From IMG/VR virus record IMGVR_UViG_3300017598_000441, positions 9,680 through 73,679 of that record: a stretch of 64,000 nt of DNA; one strand, 5' to 3'. Below, one piece after another: positions 10,828 to 21,232 of the stretch. Each line of letters opens with the position of its first letter. The stretch's first letter is position 1. The notes beneath the pieces were generated by a model. That model saw nothing but the letters and a program-made list of their open reading frames with translations, was not told the DNA's origin and searched no databases. The DNA is from a virus. A program made the translations under genes and the position numbers.

Positions 10828-11122
10828 TCTATACGGAAACGGTAGAATAATTCAATTCAATGATGGAGAACAGATTATAATAAGAGATTTGATAACCTCA
10901 GATAAATTTGAAGATTTTGAATACCATACCGTAATGCAGAATGACGAGATAACAAATATTGCATACAAGTACTATAAAGGAGTTGCGAATGATGCCTCAA
11001 AGTACTGGTGGGTAATAGCAGATGTAAATAATATCATGCGGCCACATGATATTTCGGACCTATTAGGGCAGGACTTAATAATACCTAATCTTAGACAATT
11101 AAATAACGCAAGGAGAAGTTGA
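10805..11122 (+). CDS. LysM-like baseplate protein (P2 gpX-like)
   Basis: HTV...D.I..IAYKYY...WWVIADVNNI..P....G..LIIP. Confidence 0.85.
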   Translation: MEQIPRNNLYGNGRIIQFNDGEQIIIRDLITSDKFEDFEYHTVMQNDEITNIAYKYYKGVANDASKYWWVIADVNNIMRPHDISDLLGQDLIIPNLRQLNNARRS

Positions 11123-12456
11123 AAACACCACTAATAAATATAAGCATAGAAGGGGAGACTATACAGGATGTACTAACATTTAGGTATGAAGATAGTATAA
11201 CTCTGGACAATATGCTAGAATTTGTTATACATGGTAGAGAAGAGCTGATAGACAAAATAAACGCCAAAGACTTTGCCTCTGGAAAAACAATAGTATTCTC
11301 ATTCGGTTATGCAGAGGGTCAAATGTCTGTAAACCATACAGCGATACTTGTAGATACCGATGTAACCTATGAGAAAGGAGGTTTTATAAAACTAAAAGTA
11401 AGAGGTTTAGATATTGGCACAGTATTAAAAAAATCCGAAAGTATAAAAGATTGGTCTGGTAACACCACAGAACAGATAGTAAAAACAATAGCTGAGAAGT
11501 ATGCTATGGACTATGAAATAGAAGATACTTCAAAAGTACATGAAAATCTACATCAACACGGCAGAAGTGATTTTGAGTTTATAGCATACCTAGCTTATAT
11601 TGAAGGAGGTTATATTTTCTACGTTAGGGGAGAGACTATGTACCTAGTCCAAAGAGGGTTAGACAAAAAAAGTAGAATAAATTATATGTACGGATTAGAT
11701 GATACTGTACTGAGTTTTTCTACAAGCCATAGGGACATAGCAAACAGTTCGGAGAGTTCAGAAATATCTGTAACTACAGTAGAGGATGACAAAGTAACTA
11801 CCGAAGATGGAATAACCAGAGAAAAAATATCAGATAAAGATATAAACTTAGGTAATTTTGAATTAGAATATCTTTCTGGCAAGTTCGATTCAAACATAAA
11901 CAGAAATATAGTATTACCTACTTTTGAGACAATAGAAGTAACCAATATTACAGAAAGTCTTATGAAAGAGACTAAACTAATGGTATTGACAGGTATTATT
12001 ACTGTAGAGGGAGACCCTTGGATGATTCCAGATGAGGTTATGACTTTAGGGGGTAATGTGCTAGAGAGAGATAAAGGAAACTGGTATGTAGAAAAGGTTT
12101 CGCACTCAATCTCAAATGGTTATATAACTACTATGCACATTGCAAAAAATGCAACCGATGAGCCAAACGCTAAAAAAAGTATTAATGTAAATACTTCAAA
12201 TAAGGAAGTCAAAAAGGTAGATATAAAAATTTCCGAAAAACCAATAGCTAAAGATTACATAACCATAAGGGTTTACGATGCTGATGGTAAATTAATAGGA
12301 TATGAAACGGACCAAGGCAAATACATAGATGCCAAAGACCAAACACAAGTAAAAAGATATACGAAGAAACCTGTTAAAACTTCTACCAGTAACGTGAAGA
12401 AACAGATAAATACAGGACCTAATGTATATGATACATCAAACAACCTAATAAAATAA
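11119..12456 (+). CDS. Baseplate hub (P2 gpD/T4 gp27-like)
   Basis: Q...SDFEFI..LA...G and G.W.V.KV.H motifs; TTG start. Confidence 0.85.
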   Translation: MKTPLINISIEGETIQDVLTFRYEDSITLDNMLEFVIHGREELIDKINAKDFASGKTIVFSFGYAEGQMSVNHTAILVDTDVTYEKGGFIKLKVRGLDIGTVLKKSESIKDWSGNTTEQIVKTIAEKYAMDYEIEDTSKVHENLHQHGRSDFEFIAYLAYIEGGYIFYVRGETMYLVQRGLDKKSRINYMYGLDDTVLSFSTSHRDIANSSESSEISVTTVEDDKVTTEDGITREKISDKDINLGNFELEYLSGKFDSNINRNIVLPTFETIEVTNITESLMKETKLMVLTGIITVEGDPWMIPDEVMTLGGNVLERDKGNWYVEKVSHSISNGYITTMHIAKNATDEPNAKKSINVNTSNKEVKKVDIKISEKPIAKDYITIRVYDADGKLIGYETDQGKYIDAKDQTQVKRYTKKPVKTSTSNVKKQINTGPNVYDTSNNLIK

Positions 12457-12458
12457 AC

Positions 12459-13184
12459 ATGGATTTTGTAGTATTTATAAAAAGGTTTAAGCTTATGGGT
12501 TTGGAGTATTTTAAAAGATATTACTCAATCTATAAGGCAGAAGTATCCAGTAATGAAGACCCTAAAGGGTTAGGTAGATTACAGCTTGTAATACCCCAAA
12601 TATACGGTAAAGATGTTTCTTATAAGTATTGGGCAAAACCTAGAGGTTTGTACTCTGGCAAAAACAAAGGGAGTTTTATTATACCAGATAAAGGAGATAA
12701 TATTTGGGTAGAGTTTGAAGGAGGAGACCCGAAGTACCCAGTCTGGAGCTATGGATTCTGGTCTGATGGGGAAGTTCCTGAGGGAGCAACGGTAGGAAAC
12801 AAAACTATCCAAACTGGTACTGGGCATAAGATAGAACTAGATGATGATAAAGGATTAATCAGAATAACTGTAGCGGAGAAAGAGTTTAGTGTAACAATAT
12901 CTGAGAGTGGTATAAGCATAGTTGCAGATAATATATCTGTAGGAACTTTGGATGAGTCCTCAGAACCTGCAGTTTTAGGGGACACTTTAAAATCAAAGTT
13001 GGACAGTATCTCAGATGAAGTTGGGAAAATAGCACAAAACACGTCAGTATTGACAGTAGGGACGGCTTTTGGACCGAGTACCCCACCAGTTAATGCAAGT
13101 GTATTTACTGCTATAAAAACAGCTATAGATTCACTAAAAACAACACTAAAGGAAATATTAAGTAAAAAAGTAACTTTAGACTAA
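12459..13184 (+). CDS. Baseplate spike (gpV/gp5 OB-fold)
   Basis: DPKGLGR, P.KGD.IWVEFEGGDP.YPVW, GHKIELDD. Confidence 0.92.
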   Translation: MDFVVFIKRFKLMGLEYFKRYYSIYKAEVSSNEDPKGLGRLQLVIPQIYGKDVSYKYWAKPRGLYSGKNKGSFIIPDKGDNIWVEFEGGDPKYPVWSYGFWSDGEVPEGATVGNKTIQTGTGHKIELDDDKGLIRITVAEKEFSVTISESGISIVADNISVGTLDESSEPAVLGDTLKSKLDSISDEVGKIAQNTSVLTVGTAFGPSTPPVNASVFTAIKTAIDSLKTTLKEILSKKVTLD

Positions 13185-13654
13185 TGCCATTACTAACTGA
13201 TATACTAAGCACAAACTTACAGAAACTTTTAAATCAAGAGTATCCCAGTTTTGAGGGATTTCCAGATAATATGGGTGGTGTTGTTGAAAGTTGGGCAAAC
13301 GCCATAAATGACTATGCTAAATCTGTTGTACCTACGAGCACAACCTCAGAACAAGCTAAAGAAGCATTTAAGAGTACTATGCTAGGAATGAGTTCTGAGT
13401 TAGGAAATGGGGCGGTCATACTCCCTTTAGCATTTACGAATTATGCGACTGCTTTAGCCTTAGGTATGGCAGGAGCAGGATTTATTGGAACACCTCCAGT
13501 AGCACCAATAAATCTAGCACCAATAATTGCTGCAGGTTTAGGGGGAGCTTCTGGGGAGATAATTGCGAATAGTTTTACAGTAGTTGTAGATATTTGGTTT
13601 AGAACAGGTACTGCCACACCTACAGCAGGAGGCTCACCTATAATTTGGACGTGA
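13184..13654 (+). CDS. Baseplate-associated protein, possibly spike tip
   Basis: Between the spike and gp25 genes; Ala/Gly/Pro-rich. Confidence 0.45.
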   Translation: MPLLTDILSTNLQKLLNQEYPSFEGFPDNMGGVVESWANAINDYAKSVVPTSTTSEQAKEAFKSTMLGMSSELGNGAVILPLAFTNYATALALGMAGAGFIGTPPVAPINLAPIIAAGLGGASGEIIANSFTVVVDIWFRTGTATPTAGGSPIIWT

Positions 13655-14046
13655 TGAATGAAGTAAAAAAATATAGTAAAACAGGAGTGGCTATAAAATA
13701 CCCAATAACTTTGGAGGAGGGAAAGGTAGCCTTAGTAACTGGGTCAGACTTAATTATACAATCTGCATTTGATATTTTATCTGCGGATGCTCCAAGATTT
13801 TTCTTAGGGGAATATAATTCGAGATTAAAAGAGCTAAAGTTTGAACAAAATGACGAAGTTTTATTATCTTTGCTACAAGTATTTATATACAATGCTTTAA
13901 AAAAATGGGAGACCCGAACTAAAGTAAAGAATATAAATTTTAACGTGGAGGAGGATTGGGTAGATTGCGAAATAACTCACCAGATAATAGGAGAGAGTAC
14001 AACAGAAAGTTTTGTATATCCTTTTTACAAAAATATAATATACTAA
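13654..14046 (+). CDS. Baseplate wedge protein (gp25/gpW-like)
   Basis: I.QS...IL, EYNSRL..L.FE, AL.KWE.R motifs; ATG at 13654 preferred. Confidence 0.88.
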   Translation: MNEVKKYSKTGVAIKYPITLEEGKVALVTGSDLIIQSAFDILSADAPRFFLGEYNSRLKELKFEQNDEVLLSLLQVFIYNALKKWETRTKVKNINFNVEEDWVDCEITHQIIGESTTESFVYPFYKNIIY

Positions 14047-14047
14047 G

Positions 14048-15718
14048 ATGGTAGAGCAAAAAAATACATGGGTAAAGTATGTTGAAAGAACATACCAACA
14101 AATAAAAGATAGTGTTTTGGTACGCCTACAAAGTCTTACCCCAGAAATAACAGACCATACAGAAAGTAATATTTTTGTTAAGATGTTAGGTATATGGGCA
14201 GGTATTGCAGAGATGTTGGGATATTATATAGACAATGTTGCTAGAGAGAGTTATATCTCTACTTGCAGATTATACTGGTCTGCAGTAAAAATAGCACAAC
14301 AGTTCGACTATAGGATATTCTCAAAATCCCCCGCTTCTGCAGATGTTACGTTTACCATAAATACAGTAAGCCTAACAGATATTACTATTCCACAAAATAC
14401 AGAATTAAAATCTAAGGGGGATTTAAAATTCCTAACAGTAGAGCCTGCAACTATAAATGTAGGTCAGTTAGAAGCAACAGTATCTGCACTACAGTTCGAT
14501 AAAGTTATTGGGGCAACCTTAGGTATATCCAACGGTTCAGATGCCCAAGTATTTGTAGTAAATGACCAAGACATTGCAGATAAAAGTGCAGTAGTAAAGA
14601 TACTAGGTAGTAACTGGGCTCATGTAGACACTTTTGCATTTAGCCTCGCAGACGATTTGCATTTTAGGATGTCCGTTAATATAGACAAACAGACAATAAT
14701 AGAATTTGGAGATGGCATAAACGGAGCTATACCTCAAAACGGAGCAACAATAACTTTGGATTACCTAACCTGTGCAGGTGCAGCAGGAAATATTGCAGCC
14801 GACCAAATTGCAGAAATAGTAGATACTATTACCCTACCCCCTAGTACAGAAATAGAAGTTACAAATAATTTAGCATCTTCTGGAGGGGTTGATATTGAGA
14901 GTTTAGATGACTTGAAACGTAGAATACCCTTATCCATAAGAACTGTAAGGGTGGCAGTAACTGAGAAAAACTTCTTAGATATTGCGAACCAAGCACCCCA
15001 AGTACAGCAGTCTGCATTGTCTTATGATTGTGGTAAGAATGTAAAAATATATGTAGTACCTATAGGTGGAGGCATTGCCAGTGAGGTATTATGTGATTCT
15101 GTAGTATTGTGGTTTGAGGATAAGAAATTATTTTCTACAAAGGTGTTTGTATTTCCTGCAGGTATGTTAGAAGTATCCCTAAACCTAAACGTACAGGCTA
15201 GGTATAACTATCAAAACATAGATGTTCAGACTAGGGTGGTAGAAAACCTAGAGGAGAGGTTTTCAATGGTATCACAGGGAATCGGAGGAAAATTAAAATT
15301 ATCCGATATATACGAAGTTGTAGAAAATACAGATGGGGTAGAATATAGTAATGTTAGACAAATAAAGTTAATACCTTATGCAAGGTCTATAGATAACTTT
15401 ATTCAACTAGATTGGACTAAAACGCTAAAAGATACAGGCAATGTATCACTGTTTTGGAAAATAACAATGATAAACCCTACTCAGTATCAATTATTCAAAG
15501 GGAGTACTTTCCAAGGGACTTATGACGTAGGTACTTTAGCAACTTTTGTGGAGATAGATTTTGTAGTAAATCTAGGGGCGTATAATACTGGGGATGAGTG
15601 GGAATTTGTAACTTACCCAAGTTTCCAAAGCAATAACGGAATAATAGAGTTGGAAGAGTTTTCCGTACCTGTTATTCTACAGAATAACACGGTAATAAAT
15701 GTAACTGGAGGTATATAG
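14048..15718 (+). CDS. Baseplate J / T4 gp6-like wedge protein
   Basis: FGDGING.IP and GG.D.ESLDDLK.R.P......AVT..NF motifs. Confidence 0.92.
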   Translation: MVEQKNTWVKYVERTYQQIKDSVLVRLQSLTPEITDHTESNIFVKMLGIWAGIAEMLGYYIDNVARESYISTCRLYWSAVKIAQQFDYRIFSKSPASADVTFTINTVSLTDITIPQNTELKSKGDLKFLTVEPATINVGQLEATVSALQFDKVIGATLGISNGSDAQVFVVNDQDIADKSAVVKILGSNWAHVDTFAFSLADDLHFRMSVNIDKQTIIEFGDGINGAIPQNGATITLDYLTCAGAAGNIAADQIAEIVDTITLPPSTEIEVTNNLASSGGVDIESLDDLKRRIPLSIRTVRVAVTEKNFLDIANQAPQVQQSALSYDCGKNVKIYVVPIGGGIASEVLCDSVVLWFEDKKLFSTKVFVFPAGMLEVSLNLNVQARYNYQNIDVQTRVVENLEERFSMVSQGIGGKLKLSDIYEVVENTDGVEYSNVRQIKLIPYARSIDNFIQLDWTKTLKDTGNVSLFWKITMINPTQYQLFKGSTFQGTYDVGTLATFVEIDFVVNLGAYNTGDEWEFVTYPSFQSNNGIIELEEFSVPVILQNNTVINVTGGI

Positions 15719-16843
15719 ATGGGTTGGTTCAAAGACAATATTTTTAGTAAGTATTTTGGTAGGTATTATAAACTTACCGACAGTTATAAAAATTTGTCGG
15801 GGGAAGGTTTATTAGAACGGTACAACCAGATAATAGGGGAGGACATAGATGAGGAGTTAGTACTTCTGTTGGAGAATATTACAGATAACACTAAAACTCC
15901 GAATACTATGTTTACTCAGTATTTTAATATAGCTGAGGATTCCTTAGGTCTGGATTTATATGTGCATACAAACTCGGACTGGACAAAAAGGAAACTTATA
16001 GAAAGAGCTGTAAAATACTATTCTATAAGAGGCTCAAAAAAAGGATATGAATACCTTTTTAAGATTATGGGTTTCACATTCATAGATTTGGTAATATACA
16101 ACTCAGATGGATTTGATACTGGTATTTTTGACGATGGTAATTTCGATGGAAGAAACGGATGCTGTATATATTACAATGTGATATTAGAAGGTCCGACTGA
16201 TTTTGAGGATATGACCAACAGCGAAAAGTTGGCAATATTAAAAATCATAGATTTTAACGAACCTATAAACGCTACGTTAGGAGTTATAACAGTAAACGGA
16301 GAGGAGGCTATATTTGAGAAAGCAGAATTTATCTGCAAAGGAGGAACAAGCCAACACCAAAAACAAGGGGAGCAGTTAGATGTATCAATTAACGTATCCA
16401 ACGTAGGTAATATAGGAGCTTGGTGTGAAATTGAAATAGATTTCGGGGAGGTACTAATTAACGGAGATAGTCCACTCAATCCAGAATATAGATACTCTAC
16501 AGAAGATGGGGTATATGAACATTATAATTTAAGCGAATTTACAATGATAGCACTTGCAGAAAACGATGTAACCTCAGTAGTAATAGGGTTAGTAGAAGTA
16601 AACCAAAATACGTTGGTAGATTACGGGATAATAAAAGATGGTAAAATCGTACAGGCAGGAATAATAAGAATGCTTTGCGATGGGGCTAAGATAGAAATAG
16701 GAGACCGTTCTGAAATGTTCGATTCGGAATCCGTACTAGATGGTACGTTAGACTTTTCTGCAAAAATAACTGGGGGGAATGCAGTACTTGATATTACCGT
16801 AGGAAACTTTACAGGATATGAATTAATTTATAGATATATATAA
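15719..16843 (+). CDS. Baseplate wedge / tail protein I-like
   Basis: KRKLI..A...Y..RGS..G motif; follows baseplate J. Confidence 0.7.
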   Translation: MGWFKDNIFSKYFGRYYKLTDSYKNLSGEGLLERYNQIIGEDIDEELVLLLENITDNTKTPNTMFTQYFNIAEDSLGLDLYVHTNSDWTKRKLIERAVKYYSIRGSKKGYEYLFKIMGFTFIDLVIYNSDGFDTGIFDDGNFDGRNGCCIYYNVILEGPTDFEDMTNSEKLAILKIIDFNEPINATLGVITVNGEEAIFEKAEFICKGGTSQHQKQGEQLDVSINVSNVGNIGAWCEIEIDFGEVLINGDSPLNPEYRYSTEDGVYEHYNLSEFTMIALAENDVTSVVIGLVEVNQNTLVDYGIIKDGKIVQAGIIRMLCDGAKIEIGDRSEMFDSESVLDGTLDFSAKITGGNAVLDITVGNFTGYELIYRYI

Positions 16844-17367
16844 TGAAAGGGATTTATAGAATACTCGAAGCAATATCTGGGCTGCTAATACTAGGCTCAG
16901 AGAAAAATAGGATACAGTCCACCTCTGGAAAACTTGCCATTAAAAATGAATCTGGACAACTTATTAAAATGCAGGTTGCAGATGGTACTGAACCAAATGA
17001 AGCAACCTCGGTAAGCCAAGTACAAACTATGGTTGCGGGAGGTTCAAATGCAAAACGGAGTAGTTTTATACATATAGACTTTAATGAGGCTGTAACGGTT
17101 ATACCTGTTCCAGAGAATGCAATAATAACTCAGATAAGGTTTATTGTAGATAATGCTTGGGTAGGAGGCATAGAGAATATAGAAATAATTAAATCTGGGG
17201 GAGCAGTAATAGTAACTGGAAATGAATTTGATAAATCCACAAATTCTATTACCTTTGTAGAGGTATTTGTAGAGATGGGCTCAGATACAGAGGTAGAGGT
17301 AGAAATTCCATCTGGGATTACTTCTGGCTCGGGGAAATTAGAAATAACTTATTATGTAAACCTTTAA
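16843..17367 (+). CDS. Virion protein sharing an N-terminal module with ORF 3200
   Basis: First ~60 aa resemble those of 3200..5875. Confidence 0.5.
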   Translation: MKGIYRILEAISGLLILGSEKNRIQSTSGKLAIKNESGQLIKMQVADGTEPNEATSVSQVQTMVAGGSNAKRSSFIHIDFNEAVTVIPVPENAIITQIRFIVDNAWVGGIENIEIIKSGGAVIVTGNEFDKSTNSITFVEVFVEMGSDTEVEVEIPSGITSGSGKLEITYYVNL

Positions 17368-17369
17368 GT

Positions 17370-17627
17370 ATGCCAACTCCTTTAATGACCATATTGCAAA
17401 CAAATACTTTACAGTCTAGGAAGATAACTGTAAGGGTATTTGTAGAGGCTCAGACAGATGCAAATATATGGGTATCAAAGAAAATACCTATAGATGCACC
17501 CTTGGGTCCAAAATCCATACAGATAAAAAGCTGTTGTGGAGAATCTACTATGGACTATGAGATAATAGGAACAGAGGGACTTAATGTAGGATACTCTACA
17601 GGATTTTCTACAGGATTTAATTCGTAA
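17370..17627 (+). CDS. Small virion-module protein
   Basis: Tightly packed ORF ending GYSTGFSTGFNS. Confidence 0.5.
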   Translation: MPTPLMTILQTNTLQSRKITVRVFVEAQTDANIWVSKKIPIDAPLGPKSIQIKSCCGESTMDYEIIGTEGLNVGYSTGFSTGFNS

Positions 17628-17630
17628 GAT

Positions 17631-18974
17631 ATGAAGACAATAGAAGAATTATTAGTTCAAAATACTGAACTTATAGCAGACAATAATAACAGGGAGATAA
17701 CTGAGAAGGTGTTGAGAGACCACTTAGCAGATATTATTGAATCCTCGGTTAATACGATAGCAGACGATATTGTCATTATAAAAAAGTTCACTTTAAGTAG
17801 CAATTCTGATTTAGGAATACTAGCATCGGAGATAAATGTAAAATTTTATGACTATGGAAAAGCATCTGTAGATAGTGATGGAGACCCAAATACCTACAAT
17901 TATGATTATGTAAGTTTTAGAATAAAACAAGGAGGTGAAATAGTACATGATGGAGTACTGACAAACCCACCAGACAACCATAGTAGACTAAGAGCTTTTA
18001 TAGAGGATTCTAGTGGATTTGGTTCTGACGAATCCGAAATAGTGGTATATATAAACAGGGTTTTACCTCCCATAGATAGAATGGATGGTAGGAATTTTGG
18101 CTTTCAAGAATTGAGAGGGGGAAGATTGGCATATAGAAATAGCAAAAACAAAACTTTGTGGCTTGCATCTGGAGATGATTTTGAAATGATGTTAGAAGAT
18201 GTTTGGCAAGTTTTAGCTCCACAGATAGCTTTAACCCCACCTAGTACAGCAGACATGAATGCCGTATGGATGTCGGGAGTAAGTGCATCTATGTACGTGG
18301 CAATAGGCAGAAGTGATAGTAGGACACCTTTTGGTGGAGGTTCTGCAGAGGCGTATGGACGTAAGGTATATAACCAAACGACTACAGCTTATGAAAATAT
18401 AGGACCTAACCCTACAAATAATTTTGCAAATATACATTCCAAAGTAGGGCAAATATATGTAGAGTATAGAGATAACGGAAGCTATAATATAAAAGATAAT
18501 GTCTTCAAAAGGGAAGAAATGCTACAAGAGCAGAGTTATGTTCAATTCTCGCTGTACAGGCTTGAAAAAGTAGTAGGACCATCCCAGTACGAATATTGCT
18601 ACTATATCCTATTAAAACCTATAGGATTAGATATTTTTGATTTATCTTATTTTGATGTACTGGAGAATAAGCTATATGCGTATTTAGACGATGGATATTC
18701 CACACCTATAATAAGAAAAGTAACCGCAGAGGATATTACTTCTGAAATAAATAATAGAAGTTACCGAGTTAAGAAGAACGAAATACTTAGGTCAAATATG
18801 ATGCTAAACTCAGCTACTTCTGGAAAATCTTTAAATGAGAGAGGTTACAAAAGCATACAATTTTTCTATACTGATACAAAAGGGAAATCTTCTGGATTTT
18901 CTCCTACTATAGAAGTAGTAAATAATAAAAGAGGATATACGACAGGATTACTTATCTCGAATAAATCCAGATAA
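17631..18974 (+). CDS. Putative tail or receptor-binding protein
   Basis: N-terminal ADNNNREITEKVLRD; in the fibre region. Confidence 0.45.
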   Translation: MKTIEELLVQNTELIADNNNREITEKVLRDHLADIIESSVNTIADDIVIIKKFTLSSNSDLGILASEINVKFYDYGKASVDSDGDPNTYNYDYVSFRIKQGGEIVHDGVLTNPPDNHSRLRAFIEDSSGFGSDESEIVVYINRVLPPIDRMDGRNFGFQELRGGRLAYRNSKNKTLWLASGDDFEMMLEDVWQVLAPQIALTPPSTADMNAVWMSGVSASMYVAIGRSDSRTPFGGGSAEAYGRKVYNQTTTAYENIGPNPTNNFANIHSKVGQIYVEYRDNGSYNIKDNVFKREEMLQEQSYVQFSLYRLEKVVGPSQYEYCYYILLKPIGLDIFDLSYFDVLENKLYAYLDDGYSTPIIRKVTAEDITSEINNRSYRVKKNEILRSNMMLNSATSGKSLNERGYKSIQFFYTDTKGKSSGFSPTIEVVNNKRGYTTGLLISNKSR

Positions 18975-18980
18975 AATAAC

Positions 18981-19130
18981 GGCAGATTTATCTGCTATGA
19001 AAATCAATTCAAGAAACCTGTATGTCGATACGATAATTCGACAAATCTGTATGTTGATACGACAATTCAACAAACCTGTTTCTTGATATATAAGGGAATA
19101 AGAACTATAGGTTTAATATAGTTCTATTCT
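18981..19130. repeat. Three ~29-bp imperfect tandem units forming nested inverted repeats, flanked by hairpins
   Basis: CAATTCAAGAAACCTGTATGTCGATACGA / TAATTCGACAAATCTGTATGTTGATACGA / CAATTCAACAAACCTGTTTCTTGATA; hairpins GCAGAT-TT-ATCTGC and AGAACTATA...TATAGTTCT. Confidence 0.8.
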
Positions 19131-19163
19131 CAAAAATTCTATTAAAGCAGAAAACTTAACATT

Positions 19164-20576
19164 ATGCAAGAAAGGATACACGAATATAAGCAGGAAGATT
19201 CTACATTCTCCTTGAACAGAAAATATTTAGGGATATTGGATGCAGGTGTGTACAGAGGGTTTGATGCAATACTAGGAGACAATATGATACTTACACTTAC
19301 CCACACTATGACAGGGGTTAAGCAGTATGACTTGGATTTGTCCCCAAAAGATGTAGGGGTAATCATAACCAAACAGGGGAATGTAATAAGGGAAGATGAA
19401 GATATTACACTCAATATAAATGTAGGACCTTCTGGGTCTTATGAATCTAGGATTGACCTAATAGTAGTAGAACACAGATTTGTAGAAACTACAGGGGGTA
19501 CGCAAGCATTATACTCAGTAATAGAGGGAGTCCCAGACCAACAACCTGTAGTACCAAATCTTTTGAATGAGGCCACTCAAGTCCCTATAGCTACCATGCA
19601 GGTTTATGAAAACTCACAGGAGCTTAATGGAACTAGAAATTTCTTTAAAAAATTTCCACCCCCAAATTATTCGGGAACTTCTGATGCTTTATTAAAATCA
19701 GAAAATCTAAACGATGTAGTAGATAAACAAACTGCACGTGATAATTTACAATTAAGGCGAGGGGTTGAGATAACTTCTGAAATAGAGGATGCGGTAAATG
19801 TGGTGGCTTCTGCAATCATAGGAGGTGCAAACACTAACTTCAATACTTTAGGTAAACTAGAGGCTATACTACAAGGGGACCCAAACATAATACAGAATAT
19901 TACATCTGCTTTGAGTGGTAAAGTAGATAAAATTTCGGGTAAAGGGTTATCCCAAGAGGATTTTACAGCTACTTTACTAGGCAAACTGAATAGTATAAAT
20001 CTAGGGGCAGCAGTAGGAAATGTGCCTGCTATAGGAGAGGCACTAGGGGCTAATAAGATAGTGGAGACGAATGGCTCTGGGGAACTAAAATCTGTATCAA
20101 AAGGCTCTGCACATAATAAATCTTGGGCAGGAACAGGTGGTCACTATGGAACTTCTGGCAGTCCAGCAAGAAGCAATCACTACCACACCAGTTATGCAGC
20201 CATAGAGACAAAAGATATAAAAACAGGTACAGCTGCATTTACAGATAATACTAGTGGAGATATAGGGATAGACCCCACTTCATATACAAGGATATTAAAA
20301 ACTGCAGATAAAATACTTATAGAGTTTTGTCTGAAAGTTACCCCCCTGTCTGGCTCAGTTCCAGAATTAGAGGTAGGGTTCGATGATGTATCAGTATTTC
20401 CAGTAGTTACTGGAGTATATATTCCTTTTGTAGTTAGGCGAAGTGGTTCACCAGAACCTTGCTACTATAGACCTGTAGCATCCACCCCCACACGAGGTTT
20501 CTTTAGTATGATGTCTGGGACATTTAACTGGAATATTCAATATATTATTTCGGGAAGTTACACAAGAATATTATGA
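19164..20576 (+). CDS. Tail fibre protein
   Basis: SRIDLIV baseplate-attachment-like N-terminus; NL.DV.DK..AR.NL, NTL.KL and KVDK..GKGLS..DFT fibre motifs. Confidence 0.8.
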   Translation: MQERIHEYKQEDSTFSLNRKYLGILDAGVYRGFDAILGDNMILTLTHTMTGVKQYDLDLSPKDVGVIITKQGNVIREDEDITLNINVGPSGSYESRIDLIVVEHRFVETTGGTQALYSVIEGVPDQQPVVPNLLNEATQVPIATMQVYENSQELNGTRNFFKKFPPPNYSGTSDALLKSENLNDVVDKQTARDNLQLRRGVEITSEIEDAVNVVASAIIGGANTNFNTLGKLEAILQGDPNIIQNITSALSGKVDKISGKGLSQEDFTATLLGKLNSINLGAAVGNVPAIGEALGANKIVETNGSGELKSVSKGSAHNKSWAGTGGHYGTSGSPARSNHYHTSYAAIETKDIKTGTAAFTDNTSGDIGIDPTSYTRILKTADKILIEFCLKVTPLSGSVPELEVGFDDVSVFPVVTGVYIPFVVRRSGSPEPCYYRPVASTPTRGFFSMMSGTFNWNIQYIISGSYTRIL

Positions 20577-21229
20577 TACTAACAAAGGTAAGAGACTATC
20601 TAGACAAAGGATTGATAATTTCTGCACTAATACAATTCAGATGTATATATCCAAACATCGTAGAGGGATTAGAAATAATCACAAAATACAGAAGTTTGGA
20701 ATCTACTTATCTTTTAGGGAATATCTCAGAGCAAGAATATACAACAGGCAGAAACAAATTAGTTTCTGCTTTTTTAAATTTAATTAACACACTAGAGGAA
20801 AACCCTCCAGAAAAACCTATTATTATGAAATTCGAGATTGAAAAACAAGTAGTAAATGGACAGGTAAATATTGCAGATACTATCAATATAGGTACGAAAT
20901 TTGCAGAGACTTTCACATCAAAAAAAGAGTACAGCCCAGAAGATACAGATTTACTAAAAGTGGTTGGGGAAGTAGGGGATGAGGAGGATAAAAAAGACGT
21001 ACCTACGGCTGTAGATGAATTTAATGAGGATGAGGAAAAGAAAGAAAGTGCGAAAGAAAGAATTACCAACTTCATAAAAACATACGGCACACCTATTTTT
21101 AAAATATTGGGAAAAGTGGCATTAGGGTTACTGTTAGCTAAATATGGACTTAGTGCAAAAGATTTGTCCTTAGACAGCACTCAGAAAAAACCAGAAATAG
21201 AAGATTCAGAAATAGACGAAAAAAACTAA
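20573..21229 (+). CDS. Protein with N-terminal EAD11 (effector-associated domain 11), acidic linker and C-terminal hydrophobic helix
   Basis: VRDYLDKGLIISAL...YRSLE...LGNISEQEYTTGRNKLVSAFLNLI fits the EAD11 pattern. Confidence 0.7.
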   Translation: MILTKVRDYLDKGLIISALIQFRCIYPNIVEGLEIITKYRSLESTYLLGNISEQEYTTGRNKLVSAFLNLINTLEENPPEKPIIMKFEIEKQVVNGQVNIADTINIGTKFAETFTSKKEYSPEDTDLLKVVGEVGDEEDKKDVPTAVDEFNEDEEKKESAKERITNFIKTYGTPIFKILGKVALGLLLAKYGLSAKDLSLDSTQKKPEIEDSEIDEKN

Positions 21230-21232
21230 ACC

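Noticed and set aside
1152-16843. Extracellular contractile injection system or tailocin
   Set aside because: Contiguous with a phage replisome and terminase genes, so it is a phage tail module
19005-19090. Mini-CRISPR array or DGR template repeat
   Set aside because: Units are contiguous with no unique spacers; no cas or reverse transcriptase gene in the window; no matching variable repeat seen in nearby fibre genes
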